Origin: an uncultured archaeon
GTDB taxonomy: Archaea > Asgardarchaeota > Thorarchaeia > Thorarchaeales > Thorarchaeaceae
Reading direction: 5' to 3'
NCBI GenBank assembly: GCA_964590575.1
Contig: CAZPWM010000064.1
Span: 1 to 17,768 of the forward strand
Length of the DNA: 17,768 bases
Under the pieces are notes generated by a model. It did not search any database. It worked only from the letters and a program-made list of their open reading frames with translations, and had not been told where the DNA came from. Of this stretch, positions 6,753 to 14,777 are shown piece by piece. Numbering within the stretch: position 1 is the stretch's first letter; the number at the start of each line of letters is the position of its first letter. The translations under genes and the position numbers were made by a program.

Positions 6753-8504
6753 ATGGGTCGCTCCAAAGGCACAATAATCAGCGTGAAAGTCCCAATACGA
6801 AGGGACTCTATGACTGATAGACAGAAGACTCGACTCTCGCAGATAACTGGAAGGGATACGCGAGTCATCAGGGCGTATCTTGGAGTGATTGAACGTCATG
6901 AAGATGAGTTGTTGACAGGTCACAAAAGAACGAGAATTGATGCTTCGAAACTGGATGAACTCACCCTGACTGCATCCAAAGGTAAGGCAAATAGAAATCA
7001 GGTCCCTCACGATTTCAAGGTTCGATTTCCAAATATATCCGCGAATGAGTTTCAGGAGTGTCGAGACACTGCCATTGCTATGTGGCAGAGTTATCTTGAG
7101 CTGGGCGGTTCCAAACCTTTCCGGATAAAGGGACACTCCACTCGAAAGATTCCACGATTTGCATTTACTCAACGTTTTGAGCTTGTATATAGTCCTGAGC
7201 TCGTAATTCGACACTGGTTGAAACTCAGGGACTCACTTGATTCAGTCAGTGAAGGGCGAGTACGACATGACAAGCTCATGATTCCCCTCTCTATCTCTTC
7301 TTTTCATCTAAATCGGTTGCAAGAGGGAGAGGTTAAGACAGTCCGTATCAACAAGGACTCCAGTCGTAAGTGGTGGGCTATCTTCACGGTGACTCTTTCT
7401 GTTGATAGAATCGATACTGTTGGCAAACCCCCTGCTGTACTGTCCATTGACCTTGGGATAAACAAGGCGGTTTGTTCAGTCCTGCTCACAAGAAAGGGCC
7501 ACAAACAGATTCGCTACTGGAAACAGGAGGACAAGCTTCAGCGGATGAAGGTACTGGATGAGAGGGTTGCGTCACTCCAGCGAGAAAAGGAACATCTCAT
7601 CGCAAAGGGTGGGAATCCCGACAGAGTAACTTTCCAGCTCAGGCGTCTACGTGGAAAACGAGAACGTGTTAGTACGGAATATGACAGGAAGCTTGTGCGA
7701 GATATTTCCGATCACATCATAGAGATGACCGATGTCTATGACCTTTATGTTTCAATAGGTAGGGTGAAAGGAATCAGAAATGCTGCCAGAAAGGGTAATT
7801 GTAGAGGGAGAAGATTCAGAGGGATGATCCATCGCTGGGCTTTTGCAAGGATTCGCGACATGTTGGAACACAGACTCACTTCCCTTGGGTTTGATCCCAA
7901 GAAGTACAACACAGTCCCGGAGCAATGGACCTCTATCATGTGTCACAAGTGTGGACACAAGGGAATACGCCCAAAACAGAACCTCTTCATCTGTACCACC
8001 TGTGGACTGAAGACAAACGCCGACCTGAATGGCGCTTCCAATATTGGGAAGCGCTTTATTATGCTCATCCCTTCACTGAGAGATGAGAACGGACTAGGGA
8101 TGTGGCTCACTCCCAGAGATAGAGCTATACTGAAAGCCCGGAGGAAGACTCGTGCTTCTGATGGGAAGTCCGCACTCCCCCAGGGAACACCAGACCCGAA
8201 GGGGGAGTCCGTGGCCGACTCCTATGACCAGACTTCAATAGTGGAGTTTGCGAGGTGTGAAGACCCTGTCATGGTAAGTGCTGTGGAAACACCGTCTGCT
8301 ATCGCACCAGCTGGTGAGTGTGAGGGAATGCAGCGGACAGAAACCGGGTCCCATCAGAGGAACGATGTTCCAGTGAAGAGGGGCAAAGCTCACGACACTC
8401 TGAAAGATTCCGATCTTTTGGAAGTTGGTGACAGCAGTCGTGAGAAGGGTGGAACGCAGAAGTCTCTTATAGTTCACTCACACTATAAGAAATGGGTTCT
8501 ATAG
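6753..8504 (+). CDS. tnpB: TnpB/Cas12f-like RNA-guided endonuclease with a rearranged (Fanzor-type) RuvC active site and a long C-terminal tail
   Basis: Numbered from the 586-aa ORF: RuvC-I SID236LG, RuvC-II position VSIG339RVKGIR, relocated E393 (VPEQWTSIMC), zinc finger C400/C403/C417/C420, RuvC-III NAD427LNGASNI. ATG 6753 is preferred because AGGTGA (6742-6747) is a canonical archaeal RBS. Confidence 0.92.
   Translation: MGRSKGTIISVKVPIRRDSMTDRQKTRLSQITGRDTRVIRAYLGVIERHEDELLTGHKRTRIDASKLDELTLTASKGKANRNQVPHDFKVRFPNISANEFQECRDTAIAMWQSYLELGGSKPFRIKGHSTRKIPRFAFTQRFELVYSPELVIRHWLKLRDSLDSVSEGRVRHDKLMIPLSISSFHLNRLQEGEVKTVRINKDSSRKWWAIFTVTLSVDRIDTVGKPPAVLSIDLGINKAVCSVLLTRKGHKQIRYWKQEDKLQRMKVLDERVASLQREKEHLIAKGGNPDRVTFQLRRLRGKRERVSTEYDRKLVRDISDHIIEMTDVYDLYVSIGRVKGIRNAARKGNCRGRRFRGMIHRWAFARIRDMLEHRLTSLGFDPKKYNTVPEQWTSIMCHKCGHKGIRPKQNLFICTTCGLKTNADLNGASNIGKRFIMLIPSLRDENGLGMWLTPRDRAILKARRKTRASDGKSALPQGTPDPKGESVADSYDQTSIVEFARCEDPVMVSAVETPSAIAPAGECEGMQRTETGSHQRNDVPVKRGKAHDTLKDSDLLEVGDSSREKGGTQKSLIVHSHYKKWVL
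8155..8500 (+). ncRNA. Putative omega/reRNA (tracr-like) scaffold overlapping the tnpB 3' end
   Basis: Nested stems: 8157-8166/8349-8358 (10 bp), 8168-8173/8333-8338, 8174-8181/8201-8208, 8222-8228/8268-8274, 8229-8250 hairpin, 8359-8371, 8389-8396/8437-8444, 8403-8418, 8465-8473/8482-8490. TnpB RNAs are known to overlap the gene 3' end. Confidence 0.75.
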
Positions 8505-8547
8505 GCTTATCATAGTAGAATCAACATTAGAGGCAGTGAGAGATACG

Positions 8548-9384
8548 ATGTCCACAAAGGTGTCCATACTGGGTGTCTGGCTTATCGAGCGAGGCAGCGG
8601 TAGGAATCTTGTGTCTAGGGCGTACTCTGACGCAGTCAAGCTAGATATGGATTTGATTGCACCATTCCTCTCTGCTACTCACACCTTCATCGATAAAGCT
8701 TCAAATGAAACTCTCAAGACTGTAGACACTGAAACCAACAGATATGTCTGGGAAGCCAACGACCATCTCCTCTTTGTCATGGTCGTTTCCAAAGCGGCAC
8801 GGCTTGGACACATGCGTTTCATTCTCGAATATGCTCTCAATGAATTCATGAACAAAGAGGTTCCTTCTGACTCTGATATTGATACTCTTTTGAAGAACTG
8901 GCATGGAGCTCCTAACACATTCACAAAATTTGGTAAGTTTGTGGATGAGCTAGTAACTCAGTATGAGGCGACTGATGAGAGTCTTGTGGCTGGGAAGTCG
9001 ATGGATTGTCTTGAGGTCTATAGCCATCTTTTCAGAGGAATTATGCGCGTAAAAGGCGGAAAGCAGAAAAAGGAAGCAATTGTCAAACGAATGAAAGGAC
9101 TCACTGAACCACTTATTGATAGATATCCCTATCTTTCTCAGGTTCCAATAGATGCAGCTGGTATCGAGGTTCTTGACATTGACATAGGCAATGTTGCATA
9201 CCAGCATCTTAGAGATTCATTAGAGGAGCTACTGCGACTTCTTGGTAAAGTCGTTCGTGAGGTAGTAACCCCAAAGGCATACCGCGATATGTTGTTCGAT
9301 CATGTAATGCCATATGTGAAACATGATATACAGAGGCTTCAGACATATGCGATTCTTGACGACGTTATTAGATATCTATTCTAA
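8548..9384 (+). CDS. Longin-like domain protein (Asgard eukaryotic-signature type) with a helical C-terminal domain
   Basis: N-terminal pattern ILGVWLIERGSGRNLVSRAY...LIAPFLSATHTF...LKTVDT...RYVW...LLFVMVVS...ILEYALNEF fits the longin beta-beta-alpha-beta-beta-beta-alpha fold. Alternative start GTG 8536. Confidence 0.65.
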   Translation: MSTKVSILGVWLIERGSGRNLVSRAYSDAVKLDMDLIAPFLSATHTFIDKASNETLKTVDTETNRYVWEANDHLLFVMVVSKAARLGHMRFILEYALNEFMNKEVPSDSDIDTLLKNWHGAPNTFTKFGKFVDELVTQYEATDESLVAGKSMDCLEVYSHLFRGIMRVKGGKQKKEAIVKRMKGLTEPLIDRYPYLSQVPIDAAGIEVLDIDIGNVAYQHLRDSLEELLRLLGKVVREVVTPKAYRDMLFDHVMPYVKHDIQRLQTYAILDDVIRYLF

Positions 9385-10725
9385 TTACTTTTCGAGGACA
9401 ATCAGAGATCTTTGAACTACTTGCCCTCTTTTTCTCTCAGGTATCAATTCTCGATCTGGTCTGATTCTAAGACGCGGATGAATATCCCTCTTGTTCAATA
9501 TAGACCTCCCCGGCAACATCCTATACAGTGCCAATCCCGTACCTCTTGTTAAATCTTTGAATTTAATCGATATTGCTTCTCCCTCGGTGTTAATCACAGG
9601 AATTGTCATGGCGACACGACCATCAGGTCTAAGTATGCTCGCAATCTCTGTAAGCACTTGTTGATAGAGGGTAGTAAGCTCTTTGATTGTCTTATCTGCT
9701 TCAGATCGTGAAGGTTTTTTCTTGAATATTGGTCCCAAGATTGGTTCAAAGGCAACAGCATCAACTTGCTTTTTAATAAGTGATGATAACTCTCTTGAGT
9801 CCCCTTTGAAAACATCATAATCGAGTTTCATGCCCAAATCATTTGCAAGCCATTTTAGGTTTGATCTGGTGCCTTGAACCTGATCTCCATCTATGTCCAC
9901 ACCAATGCACTTCATCCCTAAGATGGCTGCTTCCATGAGAAGAGTTCCAGTACCACAGAAAGGATCAAGTATAGTATCCCCCGGTCTTGCTCCGGCGAGG
10001 TTGAGCAACGTTCTACAAATCTTCGGGCTCGTACTAATTTCGGCTGAAACAAAAGGTCTTGACTCATCTCTATATTGCTGTAACATAGAGTCGTAGACAA
10101 TCCGCGTCCTCGCAATGTACAGCTTCCTTTCAGAGAATATTGCTAGAACTTCTGCATTGGGTGTAGCTAACAACGCATTTTGAGCAATGGTCTTGGGCCA
10201 GAGTGCAATATTCAATCGTTCCTCCACTCGTCTATCTGGCTCGTCATAGGCGAAATAATCTGCCCGTTTGGCACCATTTTCTAGTAGGAGTTTCTTAACT
10301 TGGTCGTCCATGCCTCGAGTGAATCTTCTGAAATTAACTGGAGAGCTGCCATCGAAAACTGGATATGTACTGATACCAAACTTGATTTTTTTCCCGTTTG
10401 CTCTTGGCCACACAATCTTAAGCCAAGGACACTTTCGGATTTCTTCAAGAGCCTCTTTGTTTGCAACGCCTTTTGTTGGAAAAGATTTCATTGGTAGGTC
10501 AATGTCGTACTCCCAGATGACTTTGCCAATTTTATAGCAGCCTCCCAGAGCTGATTGCATATCCACAATCTGATCACTATCAAGGCGTTGTTTGATATCG
10601 ACAATTGCAGCATTTCTTGAATGGTCCACAAGGGTTCCATCAAAACCTCGGTCCTGTACGTATGCTAAGAGTTCAGCTATACTGAGTAACCAGTTCGAAC
10701 CGAGCACAAATGCAAGTTTTGTCAT
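9385..10725 (-). CDS. trm11: Trm11/TrmG10-family tRNA guanine-N2 methyltransferase
   Basis: SPKICRTLLNLA, SAM motif ILDPFCGTGTLLMEA, IGVDID, and an N-terminal THUMP-like region. Confidence 0.8.
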   Translation of the reverse strand: MTKLAFVLGSNWLLSIAELLAYVQDRGFDGTLVDHSRNAAIVDIKQRLDSDQIVDMQSALGGCYKIGKVIWEYDIDLPMKSFPTKGVANKEALEEIRKCPWLKIVWPRANGKKIKFGISTYPVFDGSSPVNFRRFTRGMDDQVKKLLLENGAKRADYFAYDEPDRRVEERLNIALWPKTIAQNALLATPNAEVLAIFSERKLYIARTRIVYDSMLQQYRDESRPFVSAEISTSPKICRTLLNLAGARPGDTILDPFCGTGTLLMEAAILGMKCIGVDIDGDQVQGTRSNLKWLANDLGMKLDYDVFKGDSRELSSLIKKQVDAVAFEPILGPIFKKKPSRSEADKTIKELTTLYQQVLTEIASILRPDGRVAMTIPVINTEGEAISIKFKDLTRGTGLALYRMLPGRSILNKRDIHPRLRIRPDRELIPERKRGQVVQRSLIVLEK

Positions 10726-11597
10726 TTACTTTCTTTCTCCAACTCTTCGAAGAGGAACTTGACGTAGAGTGCCCCCTGAAGCGGGTTTGTAGATTCACTT
10801 ATGAACGTAGGCTTGTATCCACATTCACGAACGATTTCTACAAGAGGTAGAATATCTGGGCCCCATTCTTGACCTAGAGGTCGATGGGCGGCTTCTCCTT
10901 TTTCAGTAAATGTAATTCCACTGACATGGAAATGCATGTTATTAACAAATAATTCACCCAACTCATTCTCGAAACGAGTCAATATTTCAAGATATTTCTG
11001 TTTATCATTCACCTCTCCGTGGCTTCTTGCATAGAGATGAGCCCAATCAATGGTTGGTATGCAATCCTCTACATCCTGACACAACTTAATGATTTGATCT
11101 ACAGAACCATATGCGGACAACTTCCCTGCGATCTCGGGAGCCAAAAATACGCCTTTCCTATTGTTTGGAGCTTTTTCCCAGACGCTTCTTAATGCATCTC
11201 TGATGACTGCATGAGCTGCGTCCTTGCTCAATCCCCCTAGATATCCCGGATGAAACACGATGCGTTTCACATTCATCAATGGGGCGAACCTGAGTGCCTT
11301 GACCAACCTATCTTTTGATGATTCTCGTATTCGTGGGGTCTTTGATGCAAGGCTTATGTAATACGCCGCATGTAGACTCATCGTGATTCCTGTTTCTTTT
11401 GCCAGCTCACCAATTTCATGCGCCTTATCCTCTTTGGTCCTCAATCCATGTACAGCTGCATATTCTAGAGCGTTGACTCCCACCTTCGTTAGAATCTGAA
11501 AAACACGTTTCACATTTCCACGTGCCTCGCTTGGATACCCCGCTGGACCAAAGAGAACTTTACTCAGGACTATCGCTCCTCTAACTTGAATTCCCAT
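10722..11597 (-). CDS. nfo: Endonuclease IV / AP-endonuclease family 2 TIM barrel (archaeal type)
   Basis: FGPAG, SLHAAYYISL, IVFHPG, APEIAGK, TIDWAHLYAR, HFHVSGI, ISES. The start is either ATG 11597 (overlapping the upstream gene) or CTG 11567 after AGGAG. Confidence 0.88.
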   Translation of the reverse strand: MGIQVRGAIVLSKVLFGPAGYPSEARGNVKRVFQILTKVGVNALEYAAVHGLRTKEDKAHEIGELAKETGITMSLHAAYYISLASKTPRIRESSKDRLVKALRFAPLMNVKRIVFHPGYLGGLSKDAAHAVIRDALRSVWEKAPNNRKGVFLAPEIAGKLSAYGSVDQIIKLCQDVEDCIPTIDWAHLYARSHGEVNDKQKYLEILTRFENELGELFVNNMHFHVSGITFTEKGEAAHRPLGQEWGPDILPLVEIVRECGYKPTFISESTNPLQGALYVKFLFEELEKESK

Positions 11598-12082
11598 CTA
11601 CAATATGCGTCTTCAGGGTGTTCTCCTGGTGGACAGAAAATACATCGGGTCTGGATACGAGGATCGATGGTTTCTGCAAAGTATCTGTATTCAATCTCTC
11701 CGACCTGTCTACAAGGAAAGTCTGGTAAGCTCTTCCTGTTGCGTGCCACTTGAACACGGCACTCGTTCATTGTGAAGTGCAAAGTATTATCATCCACCCA
11801 CTTGAAAGATTGTTTATTCAATCGTGCATATACGCGATATCCAAGAGCTTGTTCAAGTGATTTAAGGCCGCCATTTGATGGAATATCGAATTCCTTCATG
11901 ATCCGACGTGCTTCTATGGGTGAGAAAATCTTCCATGCTTCCTTGTCCATCTCAATGGCCACATCAATACCATACTTTTTCTCCAGAGCGAGAAAGTATG
12001 CTCCATCCATAGCCTGCCAAGCTTTAGCATATGTATCAATTATCTTCAATAGTTGTTCTCTTGGTAGATCATCAATCATCAC
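11570..12082 (-). CDS. DUF6125-like (V4R-related) Cys-containing protein
   Basis: WQAMDGAYFLALEKKYG, CRVQVAR...FPC, CIFCPP, CRWEF. GGAGG RBS lies just upstream of GTG 12082 / ATG 12079. Confidence 0.7.
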   Translation of the reverse strand: MMIDDLPREQLLKIIDTYAKAWQAMDGAYFLALEKKYGIDVAIEMDKEAWKIFSPIEARRIMKEFDIPSNGGLKSLEQALGYRVYARLNKQSFKWVDDNTLHFTMNECRVQVARNRKSLPDFPCRQVGEIEYRYFAETIDPRIQTRCIFCPPGEHPEDAYCRWEFKLEER

Positions 12083-12193
12083 TCTTCCTCCATAAATCTC
12101 ACAAGAATGACCCAATAAGAGTGATTAGGTCAAACGACTGTTGTCCACAAGTCTTTAATTCAAGATGTTTCTCGAGAGCTTGGTTGGACGGAG

Positions 12194-13135
12194 ATGACTG
12201 AAACCTCGTCTGAAATAAATAATCCTACGCGTTTCCACCCAAAGGCTTTCCTATCAATAATCCGACCGCAGAACTGTGTCATTGGTGGTCTAACTGTTAT
12301 TGCAGGTGTAGCCATGGCCTATCGTATGGCTCAAGTTGGCAGCGGTATCTCTGATTTCCTGCCTCTTTTCATCTACGGCTACGTCACGTACTTCTTCGTA
12401 GCTGCTGGTGGTAATGTTGTAAATGATATTTTTGATGTTGAGGTTGACAAGATTAATCGTCCACATCGTGCTCTACCCAGTGGAAGAATGACAATAAAAC
12501 AAGCATGGGGATATGTGGCATTTCTAAGCATTGTCGGTCTTCTGTTTGCCATTCTTACTGGTCCCTATAGTGCATTGATTGTGTTATGTTTCCAAATCAT
12601 TGGCTACGCTTACGCAGCGAAGGTGAAGACACTTGGGCTTGCAGGTAATTTCATGGTGGCATTCTCATTTGCTTTTGGTGTTCTCTATGGTGCATTTGCC
12701 TATGGCGAAACCATTGGATTACCACTGACAAATGCTATTCCATTACCCCATTGGCTCTTCTTTTTCACAGCCTTCCTTATTCTCCAAGCCCGTGAAACCA
12801 TCAAGGGTGCTGAAGATGTTGAGGGTGATGAAGCTAGAGATGTACGCACCATTGCTAGAATCTACGGTTACAATGTAGCTGCCGCGGTAGCTGCAGCACT
12901 CAACTTCATCGGAGTCCTAAGCTATGTGCTAATTTGGATCTGGGGTTTTGCAAGCTGGAATTTGTGGCCATTGCTCCTGTTGGGTTCAGGTATAGTCACA
13001 GGAGCTGGAATTGCTCCACTCACCAGACCAGACAATAAACGAGCTCTTCTGATTGGAAGTACCCTGGACAAAATTGGTGCACTAGTAGGTTTGATTGCCT
13101 TTGTTATAATTCCATTATATGGACTCCTGATCTAA
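12194..13135 (+). CDS. Digeranylgeranylglyceryl phosphate synthase (UbiA prenyltransferase)
   Basis: IIRPQN, GNVVNDIFDVEVDKINRPHRALPSG, RETIKGAEDVEGD and multiple TM helices. Confidence 0.9.
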   Translation: MTETSSEINNPTRFHPKAFLSIIRPQNCVIGGLTVIAGVAMAYRMAQVGSGISDFLPLFIYGYVTYFFVAAGGNVVNDIFDVEVDKINRPHRALPSGRMTIKQAWGYVAFLSIVGLLFAILTGPYSALIVLCFQIIGYAYAAKVKTLGLAGNFMVAFSFAFGVLYGAFAYGETIGLPLTNAIPLPHWLFFFTAFLILQARETIKGAEDVEGDEARDVRTIARIYGYNVAAAVAAALNFIGVLSYVLIWIWGFASWNLWPLLLLGSGIVTGAGIAPLTRPDNKRALLIGSTLDKIGALVGLIAFVIIPLYGLLI

Positions 13136-13968
13136 TGTACTTGCCAAAACGTCCATACTAGTACAATCACGCAAGCCACAGCAACTAATGCAGCCCATAA
13201 TGTTGAAGTATCGTGTGCCTCCCTGATTCCAAAGATTAACAGATAACCCGTCCACAAGAACGCACCTGTCGTCATGATATCTATTGCAAACCAAATTCCA
13301 GAAGTATATGCCCAGCTTATCACTGCTGGAGTAATCAACGCTAGCGCACCACTATCGGAGAAGTCGACTATGTCTGGATATGCTGGCAATCCTATGAGAA
13401 CCACAAGTATCGCAACCAATCGCACGAGGATGACTGGCATCATGCTATAACCCACTACCGAGAGCGTCTTCATCCTACTTCCTGTACCGCCAGTTATTTT
13501 GAAGGCGAAATGTGCAAACATTGTCCCAACCACGAGATAGATGAGACCTATCATGATATTTGGCATTATTCCCACAAGCGCAACTATCCAGACTATACCT
13601 CCTTGAGGACTGGTCAACAAATTGGTCTGACCAATCTCGAAAGTTGTTGCATTCACAATGACATTAGTAGTGATTTTTGATGACATTGATAGAAACAAAC
13701 CCGCAAAAATCAAAGCATTGATCAGAATTATCATAAATGGACCTGCGGCGTCGGGTCTTTGTCCAATATCTCGATATGTTGCTGATGGCTTTCTGATCAC
13801 TCCCCACATTCTTTCACGAGTTCCCATGTACTTTACTTCAGGGGATTCAGGTCTCTTTAGGATAGGTAAAATTCGTTCTAGAGTTTCTTCTGCAATAGTT
13901 TCCTTGCAGACTGGACAAGTGGTTGCGTCAGCCGGAACAGGGCTGTCACAGAATTCACAGCGCCGCAC
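13132..13968 (-). CDS. Yip1-domain membrane protein with an N-terminal zinc ribbon
   Basis: CEFC...CPVC at the N-terminus, GVIRKPSATY, five TM helices with LSVVGYSMMP and GIREAH. Confidence 0.8.
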   Translation of the reverse strand: MRRCEFCDSPVPADATTCPVCKETIAEETLERILPILKRPESPEVKYMGTRERMWGVIRKPSATYRDIGQRPDAAGPFMIILINALIFAGLFLSMSSKITTNVIVNATTFEIGQTNLLTSPQGGIVWIVALVGIMPNIMIGLIYLVVGTMFAHFAFKITGGTGSRMKTLSVVGYSMMPVILVRLVAILVVLIGLPAYPDIVDFSDSGALALITPAVISWAYTSGIWFAIDIMTTGAFLWTGYLLIFGIREAHDTSTLWAALVAVACVIVLVWTFWQVH

Positions 13969-14049
13969 GATTCATCATCTCATGGGGAGTGGCGTATAGG
14001 ATAGAATGTCGTGTCTGTCTATTTAAGCGAATTCCGGTTGGGTTCTTAT

Positions 14050-14631
14050 TCACCACATGCCAAAACTCTTGAAAACACCCGTCCTATGCACAATTATGAA
14101 CGGAATCAATGCGTCCCACAAACTCTGGAATGCATTCAAGATAAGTGCATAACCCAAGATGAATTCCACGGTGAGGAAGGGCAATGCAAGGGCTCCATAT
14201 ATGAGATTCACAGGAACCATTATAGAAATTCGTAGAATGAAGGCTGATATCATCAATGTAGCATAGAACCTAGGTCTTGAGAGGGACTCCCCCTCCTTCC
14301 CACTTCCTAATCTGCGCACACCAAACCATGGGACAACAATCATTGGTAAAGTAGCCAATATTTTGAATATAGGTCCAATGGCAGTCGGATCGTACATGAA
14401 TAGACCAAAAGTGCCTGCAAACGCACTCAGAATTCCCACCCAGTATCCACCTAACAGGAATGCAATCACCCAGAAGATTGAAACCGGATCAAAGAGTGCA
14501 ATTCCCCATCCAGGAATCCTTGGAACAACTGATGCAATCGGGGCAACTGCAATTGAGAGTGCAGCCAACACGCTTGCTGTTACGATCTTTTTCACTCTAT
14601 CCGCGCTCTCGGAAGCCAATGAGAGGTCCAT
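14050..14631 (-). CDS. ECF transporter S component, RibU-like
   Basis: KKIVTASVLAALS, FDPVSIFWVIAFLLGG..G, about 6 TM helices. ATG 14631 is preferred to the ORF-track start at 14727. Confidence 0.7.
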   Translation of the reverse strand: MDLSLASESADRVKKIVTASVLAALSIAVAPIASVVPRIPGWGIALFDPVSIFWVIAFLLGGYWVGILSAFAGTFGLFMYDPTAIGPIFKILATLPMIVVPWFGVRRLGSGKEGESLSRPRFYATLMISAFILRISIMVPVNLIYGALALPFLTVEFILGYALILNAFQSLWDALIPFIIVHRTGVFKSFGMW

Positions 14632-14754
14632 GTTATCAAGTTCATCATCACCAGAATATTGATCCTCCAATTTTCGGACCCCGTGAGCGGAGATGTCGAC
14701 CATACATCTACAGCCGAGAAGGTCCACTTATTAATGTACCCATAAAACATTAGC

Positions 14755-14770
14755 TACTCAATAATGAGTA
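14755..14770. promoter_or_regulatory. Palindromic operator TACTCA-N4-TGAGTA upstream of the ECF S gene
   Basis: Perfect 6-bp inverted repeat just upstream (minus strand) of a TTTTAT element at ~14742-14747. Confidence 0.5.
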
Positions 14771-14777
14771 AAAAGAA

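Larger units (their letters stand above)
515..8500. mobile_element. Probable accessory island or non-autonomous TnpB-based element (boundaries uncertain)
   Basis: Non-housekeeping genes sit between the tfb terminator and a housekeeping-type block. No transposase or integrase is visible, and the ends are inferred only. Confidence 0.35.

Noticed and set aside
8471-8477. AGTTCAC as the canonical IS605-type right end
   Set aside because: Not excluded, but the following 'guide' would be locked in the 8465-8490 hairpin, so an end near 8500 fits better.
8155-8500. Group I/II intron or IStron
   Set aside because: No recognisable group I P7/J8-7 motif or group II domain V by eye.
6753-8504. Calling the TnpB nuclease-dead (TldR-like) because the RuvC-II Glu is Gly
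   Set aside because: A compensating Glu (E393) sits in the Fanzor-type position and both Asp residues are intact.
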